This document shows, piece after piece, positions 40,800 to 49,117 of a stretch of 64,000 bases of DNA. Origin of the DNA: Alphaproteobacteria bacterium (GTDB lineage Bacteria; Pseudomonadota; Alphaproteobacteria; Caedimonadales; UBA9215); contig JAACSN010000005.1 of NCBI GenBank assembly GCA_009993885.1, positions 25,495 through 89,494 of the forward strand, in the 5' to 3' direction. The notes beneath the pieces are model-generated. The model saw only the letters and a list, made by a program, of their open reading frames with translations, did not search any database and was not told the DNA's origin. The stretch's first letter is position 1, and the number at the start of each line of letters is the position of its first letter. The position numbers and the translations under genes are program-made.

Positions 40800-41762
40800 A
40801 TGAGTACGTTAAAAACAAGAATGAAAAAAGAAATTAATCACATCACATCCGATGCCCTAGAGAGAGCGCAACAAACGCTTCGAAACGGTGACCTTATCGG
40901 ATTGCCGACAGAAACGGTTTACGGACTGGCGGCCAATGCCCTGAGCGACAAAGCTGTTGCAAAGATTTATACCTTAAAAGAGCGTCCCCGTTTCAATCCC
41001 CTTATTGCTCATTTTCCCAATGCCGCCGAGGCTCAAAAATATGTGCATTTTAATGAGTGGGCCAAAACACTTTCCGAGACTTTTTGGCCCGGCCCCCTCA
41101 CCCTGATTCTTAAAAAGAAAGAAGACTGCGGCATTTCTCTTCTCGCGACAGCAGGTCTTGATACCCTTGCCGTTCGAGTGCCTGCTCACCCGATTGCTCA
41201 ACTGCTTTTACAAGGCCTCGAGTTTCCCTTGGTTGCTCCCAGTGCGAACCCGTCGGAATCTTTAAGCCCGACAACAGCTCAACATGTTAAGCGTTCTTTT
41301 CCCGATCTCCTTGTCGTAGACGGAGGTTCCTGCACCGTCGGCCTTGAATCAACCATTGTAGATCTGACAGGAAACATTCCTGTTATTTTACGCCCGGGGC
41401 TCTTAACTAAAAATGATATTGAAAAAGCCCTTCTTCTTACCCTTGGCGATAAAGCTGAAAGCAACGTCATCAAAGCACCGGGGCAGCTTAAACGTCATTA
41501 TGCCCCCTCTATTCCCTTACGCCTTAATATAAAAAATCTTCATGAAGGTGAAGCGCTGTTGTCCTTTGGCCCTCACACTTTTACGGCTCGAAAGGAAATC
41601 AACTTAAGCCTCACTTGCAACCTTGAAGAAGCAGCAGGCAATCTTTTTGCAGCGTTAGCAGAGCTCGATTCTTCTCAATATAAGGGCATTGCCGTTATGC
41701 CTATTCCAAACGACGGCATTGGTCTTGCCGTTAATGATCGCCTGAACCGTGCTTCGGCTTAA
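40800..41762 (+). CDS. tsaC: L-threonylcarbamoyladenylate synthase (Sua5/YwlC/TsaC family, long form with Sua5 C-domain)
   Basis: GDLIGLPTETVYGLAANA, KERPRFNPLIAHF, PGPLTLIL, APSANPS and the C-terminal Sua5 domain are present. Confidence 0.88.
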   Translation: MSTLKTRMKKEINHITSDALERAQQTLRNGDLIGLPTETVYGLAANALSDKAVAKIYTLKERPRFNPLIAHFPNAAEAQKYVHFNEWAKTLSETFWPGPLTLILKKKEDCGISLLATAGLDTLAVRVPAHPIAQLLLQGLEFPLVAPSANPSESLSPTTAQHVKRSFPDLLVVDGGSCTVGLESTIVDLTGNIPVILRPGLLTKNDIEKALLLTLGDKAESNVIKAPGQLKRHYAPSIPLRLNIKNLHEGEALLSFGPHTFTARKEINLSLTCNLEEAAGNLFAALAELDSSQYKGIAVMPIPNDGIGLAVNDRLNRASA

Positions 41763-41769
41763 CACTCTT
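41707..41769. repeat. Direct repeat copy 1 (63 bp): last 18 codons of tsaC, the stop codon and 7 nt
   Basis: CAAACGACGGCATTGGTCTTGCCGTTAATGATCGCCTGAACCGTGCTTCGGCTTAACACTCTT is identical at all 63 positions to 43559-43621. The flanking bases differ on both sides. Confidence 0.95.
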
Positions 41770-41770
41770 A

Positions 41771-43459
41771 TCAAGAAACGCCTTTGGAAAGGCAACACGT
41801 TCTAAAAGCGTTTCGTAGAAAGTATTTCAACGTTTTCAAAGGAAATTCCTCCGAACCGGAGTGAGGAATATGAACCGTAAACCTTAGATAAGGATTACGC
41901 GCCCTTGTATCTGACAAATTTGGCAACCAATACCCAACAGCAGACCCCGGCTTGGGTTTGCTATCATATTTACCGTTGACGGCTTTCAAAAAAGAATCAA
42001 AATCGGTCTTAGAAACAGGTCTTGTACCCGCTCCTATAACGGCTTTATAAAATGCCTCGGCTTTCTCACCGAAATTAAATTTCGGAAGTGTATTACCAAC
42101 TGTAGCAGCAGAAAATTCAACAGAAGGTAAGGCCGCATCTTCTTCATTTCTTATATAGGCCGGAATAATGCGAGATACAACTTCTTCAAAATACCATTCG
42201 TCAAAATGAAACTCCGAAAGCGCTTCATCTCCTTCAAAAGCAGCGGCAACATTAGTTTCTTCTACCTTACTGCCTTCCTCTGCCACAACGACTTTTTCAA
42301 TAGTTTCAGCATCTATAACAACAAGGGGCATAATATCCGAATTCTTTATAATAGGTTCTCCCGCAGCTGATGCAGACTCTATAGAAACTCTATGGAGTGA
42401 TCTCCCTCTTTTTTGAGAGTTCTTTTTTTTTGCCTTACGTCTCGCTTTCTTTTTGCCTTTACTTTGATTTTCGGCCTTCATTTTAAGATTTTTGACTTCA
42501 GGTTTTGAGGGATTTTCTATAGAAACGAGATCTCCATAGCTTTCTAATAAAAATTCATGAATAAACGTGCCAATATTCCCTTCCATTTCTGAGAATTTAA
42601 ATTTTCCTCTCTCCAAAAAATTTGAGAACATGAGGTTACGATATTTCTCACTGATATTTGTGTGAATATTAAACATCTTGTGAGACCTAATATAGGTTCG
42701 AGCATGGGAAAATAGAAGGCTTTCTAAGGCAGACCATTCATAGGCTGATCTTTGGCCTTTAGGAGTTGGGAAAACAGACTCTAAAAGCACTATGATATTT
42801 ACGAATAACTTGGAACAAAAGAGATTATTCTCTCCTTCATATAGCTCTGATAAAAGAGCTTCTTCCTTATCACTTAGCCCGTGAAAAACATTAGGATAAG
42901 AAGAAACATCACCACTTGAAAGAACGTCGAACATTCTCTTCACCAAGGATCCTAAATCAGAATTTTCAAATTCTCTATCCTCCGATTTTAAATTACAGCA
43001 GTTATAGAAAGATCTAATCGCCCCCCTAAGAACAGCAGTGATGTCTTGTTTGACACGTCCGACCAGTTCTGCAGAAATTTCTTCATTTCGATGCTCAAAT
43101 AAAAGTTCCATGGAAGCATAAAGCCCCTCAGAAAAACAATAATCAGTAAAACGATCTTGCACCTGAAAGAAATAGAAAGGTAAATAAGAAGGGCAGTTGA
43201 AATCTCTATAGAAATCCACAGCAGACTGTGGAATGTCCGTCTTAATTTCTGAAACACGTACCGGGTCTATTTCCCCTTGTCGGGTATGTACGTCTAAATA
43301 CTCCAAGTGCGCTGCTGTCCAAGCGCGATACTCTTCTAACTCCTCCCATACTTTTGTAAGAACTTTAAGCTTAGACATATCATTATCATCAATCCTAGTC
43401 CCGTTAGAAAGACTTATAAAAAAACAAAAAGAAATGAGAAACCGAAATATAAATGACAT
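41771..43459 (-). CDS. Hypothetical secreted protein (562 aa) with NLS-like basic cluster and HicA/YcfA-like C-terminal region
   Basis: The signal peptide is MSFIFRFLISFCFFISLSNG. The basic cluster KGKKKARRKAKKKNSQKRGR spans residues 334-353. The C-terminus DFDSFLKAVNGKYDSKPKPGSAVGY...LRFTVHIPHSGSEEFPLKTLKYFLRNAF resembles the HicA fold pattern as I recall it. The gene is visibly more AT-rich than its neighbours. Confidence 0.6.
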   Translation of the reverse strand: MSFIFRFLISFCFFISLSNGTRIDDNDMSKLKVLTKVWEELEEYRAWTAAHLEYLDVHTRQGEIDPVRVSEIKTDIPQSAVDFYRDFNCPSYLPFYFFQVQDRFTDYCFSEGLYASMELLFEHRNEEISAELVGRVKQDITAVLRGAIRSFYNCCNLKSEDREFENSDLGSLVKRMFDVLSSGDVSSYPNVFHGLSDKEEALLSELYEGENNLFCSKLFVNIIVLLESVFPTPKGQRSAYEWSALESLLFSHARTYIRSHKMFNIHTNISEKYRNLMFSNFLERGKFKFSEMEGNIGTFIHEFLLESYGDLVSIENPSKPEVKNLKMKAENQSKGKKKARRKAKKKNSQKRGRSLHRVSIESASAAGEPIIKNSDIMPLVVIDAETIEKVVVAEEGSKVEETNVAAAFEGDEALSEFHFDEWYFEEVVSRIIPAYIRNEEDAALPSVEFSAATVGNTLPKFNFGEKAEAFYKAVIGAGTRPVSKTDFDSFLKAVNGKYDSKPKPGSAVGYWLPNLSDTRARNPYLRFTVHIPHSGSEEFPLKTLKYFLRNAFRTCCLSKGVS

Positions 43460-43558
43460 AACAAAAATCCATATACTAAATATTTAAAATATTTAAAATA
43501 TATATAACATTATAAAAAATAAATAAAGAAAATAATTTATTTTATTTTATAATTGCTT

Positions 43559-43621
43559 CAAACGACGGCATTGGTCTTGCCGTTAATGATCGCCTGAACC
43601 GTGCTTCGGCTTAACACTCTT
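43559..43621. repeat. Direct repeat copy 2 (63 bp), an orphan tsaC 3' fragment in an AT-rich intergenic region
   Basis: It is identical to 41707-41769. The upstream flank is non-coding, very AT-rich sequence. Confidence 0.95.
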
Positions 43622-43675
43622 TAGAACCTTCCTTATCCCCTCTCAAAATAAAAAATACAATATAAAATCATCAAA

Positions 43676-43690
43676 TTAATATTTTTTTAA
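43676..43690. promoter_or_regulatory. TTAA-N7-TTAAC motif (full CtrA-box consensus) upstream of the nucleotidyltransferase gene
   Basis: TTAATATTTTTTTAA is followed by C and lies 49-63 nt upstream of the ATG at 43739. Confidence 0.35.
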
Positions 43691-43738
43691 CAAAAAGAAT
43701 GTAATTTTAAATTGAATAATAACTTAAAAGGTGTATTT

Positions 43739-45964
43739 ATGTTTCGTTATTTATGTTTAACCTCAGCTTTTTCATTAATTACTTCAAGTGTTGCCTTGGC
43801 TGAAATGCCAACGGAAGACTCGATATTTACAGAACCCCAAAGCACTCAAAAGACAGAGCGGGGAAAAATAACGCCGGAACGTCTTGAAAATCTACAAAAA
43901 CTCATGAACAAAGGAAGCGAAGCTCCTGCCCCCAAAGAACATGAACCCGTTGGTAAACTTTCGAAAGAACGTATAGAGGTTTTTGGAGAATCCGTTTTAA
44001 AAGAACAGGGTGAGGCCATAAAAAAAGAGACTGTTTCCAAGACCGTTGAAACACCAAAAGCAGATACGGAAAATGAAGGAATAGTCTCGTCAAAGACAGG
44101 TCAAAAATCGATAGAATTAACACAAGAACAAGAAAAAGCAATGAGGGGAAAGTCAGGACACTCCTATTTTGAGGAATTGACTCACGATCTCTACACGTCT
44201 CCTCTAGGGAAATGGCTTTCTGATGTTTATGGTGCGTCACGTGAGGAAATAACACGCTGGTTCAGTGAAACCGAGGCCGATCGCTATGGCTTAAAACGCT
44301 TACGTGATAATGCCATTGACGAATATGATTACGAAGTGCGAAAAGCAGCCCCTCAATACAACCAAATCACTAAAGACATTTCTGACGAAAACATTAAATG
44401 GGTTGGGAAGATCATAGACAGTATTGTAAAGGATCTTGGTGTGGAAACACCTCCGGGATTTAGTATCTTTACCATGGGCTCCCTTGCACGGGGCGAAAGC
44501 GGTTTCTACACGGATCTCGAGATTGGCTTTTTAGTTAATGACGATGCCATGACACCTGAAAATATGAAAACACTTCTTTTAATTGCGAATTCTTTAAACC
44601 AACGCCTTTTCTTCCTAGGGGAACACCCCGACTACGGCGGCTACGGTATGCGTCTTGATGAAGCTGCCAATGCCCCGTTATACCTCAGGTTTGGATATGA
44701 TAAGTTGACACCGGAAGAAGCTAGAAAACAAATGGTTTCTGCTCTAACCAATTATGATTTCGAAAAAATCCCTTGGGGGGGAAGCCGTCTCTTTATTTCA
44801 ACACCATCGAAATTGGCGGCACACTCAGATCCTGACTACATAGAAAAAGCAGATAGTGAAGATGCCTATCTCAATGGTCAAAAACGCAAGAAAATGATTG
44901 AGGATGAGTACAAGAAAGCACGCTCCGACCCTAAGAATGCAGGAATCTCGAATACACAGTTAAAAGAAGGTATTCGCTATTTAGTGGATCTCATCGAAAA
45001 ACCTCTTGGGGTAAAGGATCGCCGCGAATCCAACAACATTGTTGTTTTAGGTCGCAATATGATGAATATTTACGGTGAGCAAGAAACCTTTGACACTTTT
45101 ATAAAGGCCAGAGAACCCTTTTTATCCGGAACGGCAAAAGATAACGCTGATCGCTATGTCTCTCGTCGCCACGAGCTTGCAATGGAAACAATGAAAGAAG
45201 ATATTATAAAACGTGGCGGAGACCCTTCAAGCATCTTCCTTACAGGGAAGTTGGGAGACAAGGTCGACATTAAACGCGAACTCTACCGTTTTAGCGAACA
45301 GTTTGTAACAAACCTAGGATTTTATTTTGATATCAAAACACAAAATACAATAGACATTGTTGGCGAACTGATGGAACAAGGCATTATTTCCCAAGAAATT
45401 GGAGAAAAACTTCAAGACTACATGAACTTTATGGTCGGATTGCGCCTTAAACAACAACGGGTTTTAAGTTCACAAGCACATGCCGTGTACCTAAATGAAG
45501 AAGCCTTTCAAAAAGATATTAGAAAGCTGCAAGAAGAGAATTCTGCCCTTGAGAAAAATCTAGCTTTCTTAGAAGAGAGTCAATCTTCAAAAAAAGCTCT
45601 GACGGACGCAAGAAAAGCCGTAACAGACAAAAAACATGAAATTGACGAACTTAAAAAAATGGCACCCGGTAAGATCGTGTCAACGGAAGAAATTGATATA
45701 CTCAATACAAAATACCTTCCTTTTGCTATAGAGCTTTTCCAACTGTCAAAGGATTGGATTTCAGGAAAAGACAATGCCCTTGGCGGCAAAGGTGCAGCAA
45801 TCGGCATTAAAGCCATCGCGCCTTCTCTCCCTACCTCGGAGGGGACAGATACTGAGGGTTCTTCTTCCGAAAAGAAGCTTCCCCTAATAGAAAGGCCGAA
45901 TTTGCCCGGCCCGGGAATCATTCCTTCAGAAACTGAAAGTGCTACGGCAGCCCCGGCAGCCTAA
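43739..45964 (+). CDS. Signal-peptide protein with DUF294-type nucleotidyltransferase core and DUF294_C-like helical domain plus C-terminal coiled coil
   Basis: The signal peptide is MFRYLCLTSAFSLITSSVALA. The NTase motif is FTMGSLARGESGFYTDLEIGFLV (GS-x10-D-x-E), followed by GEHPDYGGYGMRLDEAANAP. The later segment DIKRELYRFSEQFVTNLGFYFDIKTQNTIDIVGELMEQGIISQEIGEKLQDYMNFMVGLRLKQQ resembles the DUF294 substrate-binding domain. The ORF track starts at TTG 43712; the ATG at 43739 is preferred. Confidence 0.65.
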   Translation: MFRYLCLTSAFSLITSSVALAEMPTEDSIFTEPQSTQKTERGKITPERLENLQKLMNKGSEAPAPKEHEPVGKLSKERIEVFGESVLKEQGEAIKKETVSKTVETPKADTENEGIVSSKTGQKSIELTQEQEKAMRGKSGHSYFEELTHDLYTSPLGKWLSDVYGASREEITRWFSETEADRYGLKRLRDNAIDEYDYEVRKAAPQYNQITKDISDENIKWVGKIIDSIVKDLGVETPPGFSIFTMGSLARGESGFYTDLEIGFLVNDDAMTPENMKTLLLIANSLNQRLFFLGEHPDYGGYGMRLDEAANAPLYLRFGYDKLTPEEARKQMVSALTNYDFEKIPWGGSRLFISTPSKLAAHSDPDYIEKADSEDAYLNGQKRKKMIEDEYKKARSDPKNAGISNTQLKEGIRYLVDLIEKPLGVKDRRESNNIVVLGRNMMNIYGEQETFDTFIKAREPFLSGTAKDNADRYVSRRHELAMETMKEDIIKRGGDPSSIFLTGKLGDKVDIKRELYRFSEQFVTNLGFYFDIKTQNTIDIVGELMEQGIISQEIGEKLQDYMNFMVGLRLKQQRVLSSQAHAVYLNEEAFQKDIRKLQEENSALEKNLAFLEESQSSKKALTDARKAVTDKKHEIDELKKMAPGKIVSTEEIDILNTKYLPFAIELFQLSKDWISGKDNALGGKGAAIGIKAIAPSLPTSEGTDTEGSSSEKKLPLIERPNLPGPGIIPSETESATAAPAA

Positions 45965-45994
45965 GGACTCTGACATAAACGGACAAGGAGACAT

Positions 45995-46026
45995 AAAAAA
46001 AGCTCGGCTTATGCCGAGCTTTTTCT
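45995..46026. terminator. Bidirectional rho-independent terminator between the NTase gene and rpsA
   Basis: An A-run precedes stem AGCTCGGC (46001-46008), loop TTAT, stem GCCGAGCT (46013-46020), then TTTTT. Confidence 0.75.
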
Positions 46027-46043
46027 TGAAAGATAAAAGAGAT

Positions 46044-47831
46044 TTATTCCTCTTCGCCTTTTTCTTTTGCAGACGCTTTTTTAGCAGGTGCTTTTTTCTT
46101 AGCGGCCGGCTTTTCAGCAGCCTCATCGGAAACCTTTGCTTTATCAAGGGCAGCACCCAAGATATCACCGAGGCTTGCACCGCTATCAGCAGACCCGTAA
46201 GTTGCCATTGCTTCTTTTTCTTCAGCCATTTCACGTGCCTTAACGGAAAGAGAAATAGCACGTGTTTTCTTATCGATGTTCATCACACGCGCATCAATCT
46301 TTTCACCAATGGCAAAACGATCCGGACGTTGTTCGGAACGATCACGAGCAAGATCGGCCTTACGAATGAATCCCTTAGCGTCTCCAACGGAAACATCAAG
46401 ACCGGCATCAAGGATCTTTGTGATTTCACAAGTAACAATGCTTCCTTTTTTGATGCCGTCAACAGCTTCGGAGAACGGATCGGCAACAAGTTGTTTAACA
46501 CCGAGGGAAATACGCTCTTTTTCAGCGTCAATTTCAAGAACTTTAACCCTAATGGCTTCACCAACTTTATAATCCTTAATGGCTTCGTCAGCGTTTTTCT
46601 CCCAAGAAAGGTCAGACATATGAACCATACCGTCAAGATCATCATTCACAGCAACAAACAAACCGAATTCCGTAATATTACGCACGGTACCGTCAATTTC
46701 CGCACCGGGTGCGAAGTCATCGACAACTTTAGCCCAAGGATTCTCGGAACATTGCTTTAGACCCAAGGCAATACGACGCTTAGCCGTGTCGATTTCAAGA
46801 ATAGAAGCTTCAATTTCTTGGCTGGTTGATAAAATTTTACCGGGATGAACGTTCTTTTTGGTCCAGCTCATTTCAGAAACGTGGATTAACCCTTCAACAC
46901 CGGGTTGGATTTCAACGAAAGCCCCATAGTCGGTAATATTCGTAACCTTACCGGAAACTTTATCGCCGACACTGAGTTTCTCGATGGCTGATTGCCAAGG
47001 ATCGCTCTCAAGTTGTTTCATACCGAGGGAGATACGCCCCGTGTCACGGTTGTAACGAATCACTTGAACATTAATATTTTGACCGACTTGGATCATTTCA
47101 CTCGGATGCCCCAAACGTGTCCAAGACATATCCGTAATATGCAAGAGACCGTCAACACCGCCAAGATCGACGAATGCACCGTAGTCAGTGATATTTTTAA
47201 CAACGCCTTCCATTTGAACGCCTTCGGCAACCTTACCAAGAACTTCGTCACGAAGACCCGCTCTTGATTCTTCAAGAATTGCGCGACGTGAAACAACGAT
47301 GTTGCCGCGTGAGCGATCCATTTTCAAAATCATAAAAGGTTGTTCGATATTCATCAAAGATGTCACATCCTTAATAGGACGTACATCAAGTTGGCTACCG
47401 GGCAAGAAGGCAACAGCTCCCTTAAGGTCCACGGTAAACCCGCCCTTAACACGACCGAAAATCGTACCGGGAACTTGCTCTTCGGCTTTATGGAGCTTCT
47501 CGAGATCAATCCACGAGGCTTCACGGCGGGCTTTTTCATGGGAGAGGCCGATCATGCCGTCTTTGTCTTCCATGCGCTCGATATAAACGTCGATTTCATC
47601 AAACTTCTTAATCTCAGGCGCTTTATCGCCATAAGCGAATTCCTTTAAAGGAACACGGCCTTCAGATTTTAAGCCGACGTCAACGATGGCACTATCACCG
47701 ATAACGTTGACAACAACACCTTTAATCACGGTTCCGACAAGATCCATAGAAGCAAGAGGTGTTTCATTAAGGAGAGCTTCAAAGCTTTCCATAGATATAT
47801 TTTCTTCAGTTTTTTTATTCTGTGCAGTCAT
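46044..47831 (-). CDS. rpsA: 30S ribosomal protein S1
   Basis: The 595-aa product has six S1 repeats (e.g. GKVTNITDYGAFVEI, GTVRNITEFGLFV) and an acidic/basic tail. The cmk-rpsA order is conserved. Confidence 0.96.
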   Translation of the reverse strand: MTAQNKKTEENISMESFEALLNETPLASMDLVGTVIKGVVVNVIGDSAIVDVGLKSEGRVPLKEFAYGDKAPEIKKFDEIDVYIERMEDKDGMIGLSHEKARREASWIDLEKLHKAEEQVPGTIFGRVKGGFTVDLKGAVAFLPGSQLDVRPIKDVTSLMNIEQPFMILKMDRSRGNIVVSRRAILEESRAGLRDEVLGKVAEGVQMEGVVKNITDYGAFVDLGGVDGLLHITDMSWTRLGHPSEMIQVGQNINVQVIRYNRDTGRISLGMKQLESDPWQSAIEKLSVGDKVSGKVTNITDYGAFVEIQPGVEGLIHVSEMSWTKKNVHPGKILSTSQEIEASILEIDTAKRRIALGLKQCSENPWAKVVDDFAPGAEIDGTVRNITEFGLFVAVNDDLDGMVHMSDLSWEKNADEAIKDYKVGEAIRVKVLEIDAEKERISLGVKQLVADPFSEAVDGIKKGSIVTCEITKILDAGLDVSVGDAKGFIRKADLARDRSEQRPDRFAIGEKIDARVMNIDKKTRAISLSVKAREMAEEKEAMATYGSADSGASLGDILGAALDKAKVSDEAAEKPAAKKKAPAKKASAKEKGEEE

Positions 47832-47924
47832 AATATTTAATTTTCCTTAAGTCATAGGAGATACCCGAGCAAGTCTTAGGGGTTCCGACAGCAAATCTTA
47901 GAAAAAATCTACCGGCGACTAAGG

Positions 47925-48569
47925 TCAGGCAAGGGCTTTGTCGATTGCCTTGGCGGCAAGTGCGACAACGTCAGCAGGACTCATGTCCGAGGTATCGATG
48001 AGAATGGCATCTTCCGCCGCAACAAGGGGGGAATCTTGACGCTCACGATCACGACGATCCCGTTGGATCATTTCCTGCAAAACTTCTTCGAATATAACGG
48101 GTATACCTCTACTTTGCAACTCTTTTAAACGCCGTTTTGCGCGTTCTTCAGGGGTTGCCGTCATGAAAAATTTAAGGTCGGCTTGAGGATATACAATGGT
48201 TCCGATATCTCGGCCGTCTAACACAGCCCCGGCCCCTTGTTTCAAGTGCTTTTCGGCAAATTCCCTCATGTAAGAAACAAGGGCGGCACGAACCTTGGGA
48301 AGTACTGCAATTTTCGAAGCGACTTGACCGTTAATTTCCGAACGCAATTCATTAACGGGCTCAAAATCCGAGGGTTCAAGGCTTTTTACAACCTCAATAA
48401 GGCCGTTTTCGTCATCCACTGCAACGCTCTTCAAAGTTGATTTAAGAGCCGTTGCGCGGAATAAAAGTCCCGTATCAAGGAATGCAAAACCATATTTTTT
48501 ACAAAGAGCTTGGGATAAAAACCCTTTCCCTGCTCCCGAAGGGCCGTCAATTGCAACTAAAATAGACAT
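47925..48569 (-). CDS. cmk: Cytidylate kinase
   Basis: The P-loop IAIDGPSGAGKG and the LDGRDIGT and RRDRERQDSPL patterns are present. Confidence 0.92.
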   Translation of the reverse strand: MSILVAIDGPSGAGKGFLSQALCKKYGFAFLDTGLLFRATALKSTLKSVAVDDENGLIEVVKSLEPSDFEPVNELRSEINGQVASKIAVLPKVRAALVSYMREFAEKHLKQGAGAVLDGRDIGTIVYPQADLKFFMTATPEERAKRRLKELQSRGIPVIFEEVLQEMIQRDRRDRERQDSPLVAAEDAILIDTSDMSPADVVALAAKAIDKALA

Positions 48570-48614
48570 AAATGCTCACTTGTCATTAAAATTCGTGTTC
48601 TGAAACTTATCGGA

Positions 48615-49070
48615 TTATCGTAATTTTTGAAAGAAGGTTTTTAATAAAACCGTGCATTTTTCTTCCTCAATCCCCCCGTAGACCTCGGGTTTATGGTGAC
48701 AAGTAGAATGATCAAAAATTTTTGCACCATGCTCAACCCCACCCCCCTTGGGGTCATAAGCCCCAAAATAGAGGCGCCGAACGCGCGCATGGGCAAGAGC
48801 CTGAGCACACATGGCACAAGGCTCAAGTGTTACATAAAGATCACAGTCTACGAGACGCACATCCCCGAGAGCTTTAGACGCTTGACGAATAGCAAGAAGT
48901 TCGGCATGGGCTGTCGGATCCGTATCACGCTCCACCCGATTTGAGGCCGTTGCGATGATTTTTCCGTCTTTAACGATGACGGCTCCCACAGGCACATCTC
49001 CATTTCCGCCTGCCTGAAAGGCGGCCTCAAGGGCACGGAACATAGGATCTTCTGGACAGGATATTTTCAT
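48615..49070 (-). CDS. tadA: tRNA adenosine(34) deaminase TadA
   Basis: The CDA zinc motifs HAELLAIR and PCAMCAQAL are present. The start may be the internal Met at 49043. Confidence 0.9.
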   Translation of the reverse strand: MKISCPEDPMFRALEAAFQAGGNGDVPVGAVIVKDGKIIATASNRVERDTDPTAHAELLAIRQASKALGDVRLVDCDLYVTLEPCAMCAQALAHARVRRLYFGAYDPKGGGVEHGAKIFDHSTCHHKPEVYGGIEEEKCTVLLKTFFQKLR

Positions 49071-49117
49071 AGGGTTAGACTAGACTTAATCCGATAATAA
49101 AAAAAGAGAAAACAAAA

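Noticed and set aside
43460-43558. Extremely AT-rich, repetitive-looking stretch (ATATTTAAAATATTTAAAATATATATAAC...) as a possible CRISPR array, tandem repeat or origin
   Set aside because: It contains only short low-complexity A/T reiterations, with no regular repeat-spacer periodicity and no DnaA boxes. It is best read as promoter or curved DNA belonging to the inserted cassette.
45939-46760. 273-aa plus-strand ORF, and the 111-aa minus-strand ORF at 45926-46261
   Set aside because: The 273-aa ORF is almost entirely antisense to the strongly supported rpsA gene. The 111-aa ORF overlaps rpsA in another frame and runs across the terminator. Both have low-complexity, Phe/Arg/Ser-rich translations typical of shadow ORFs.
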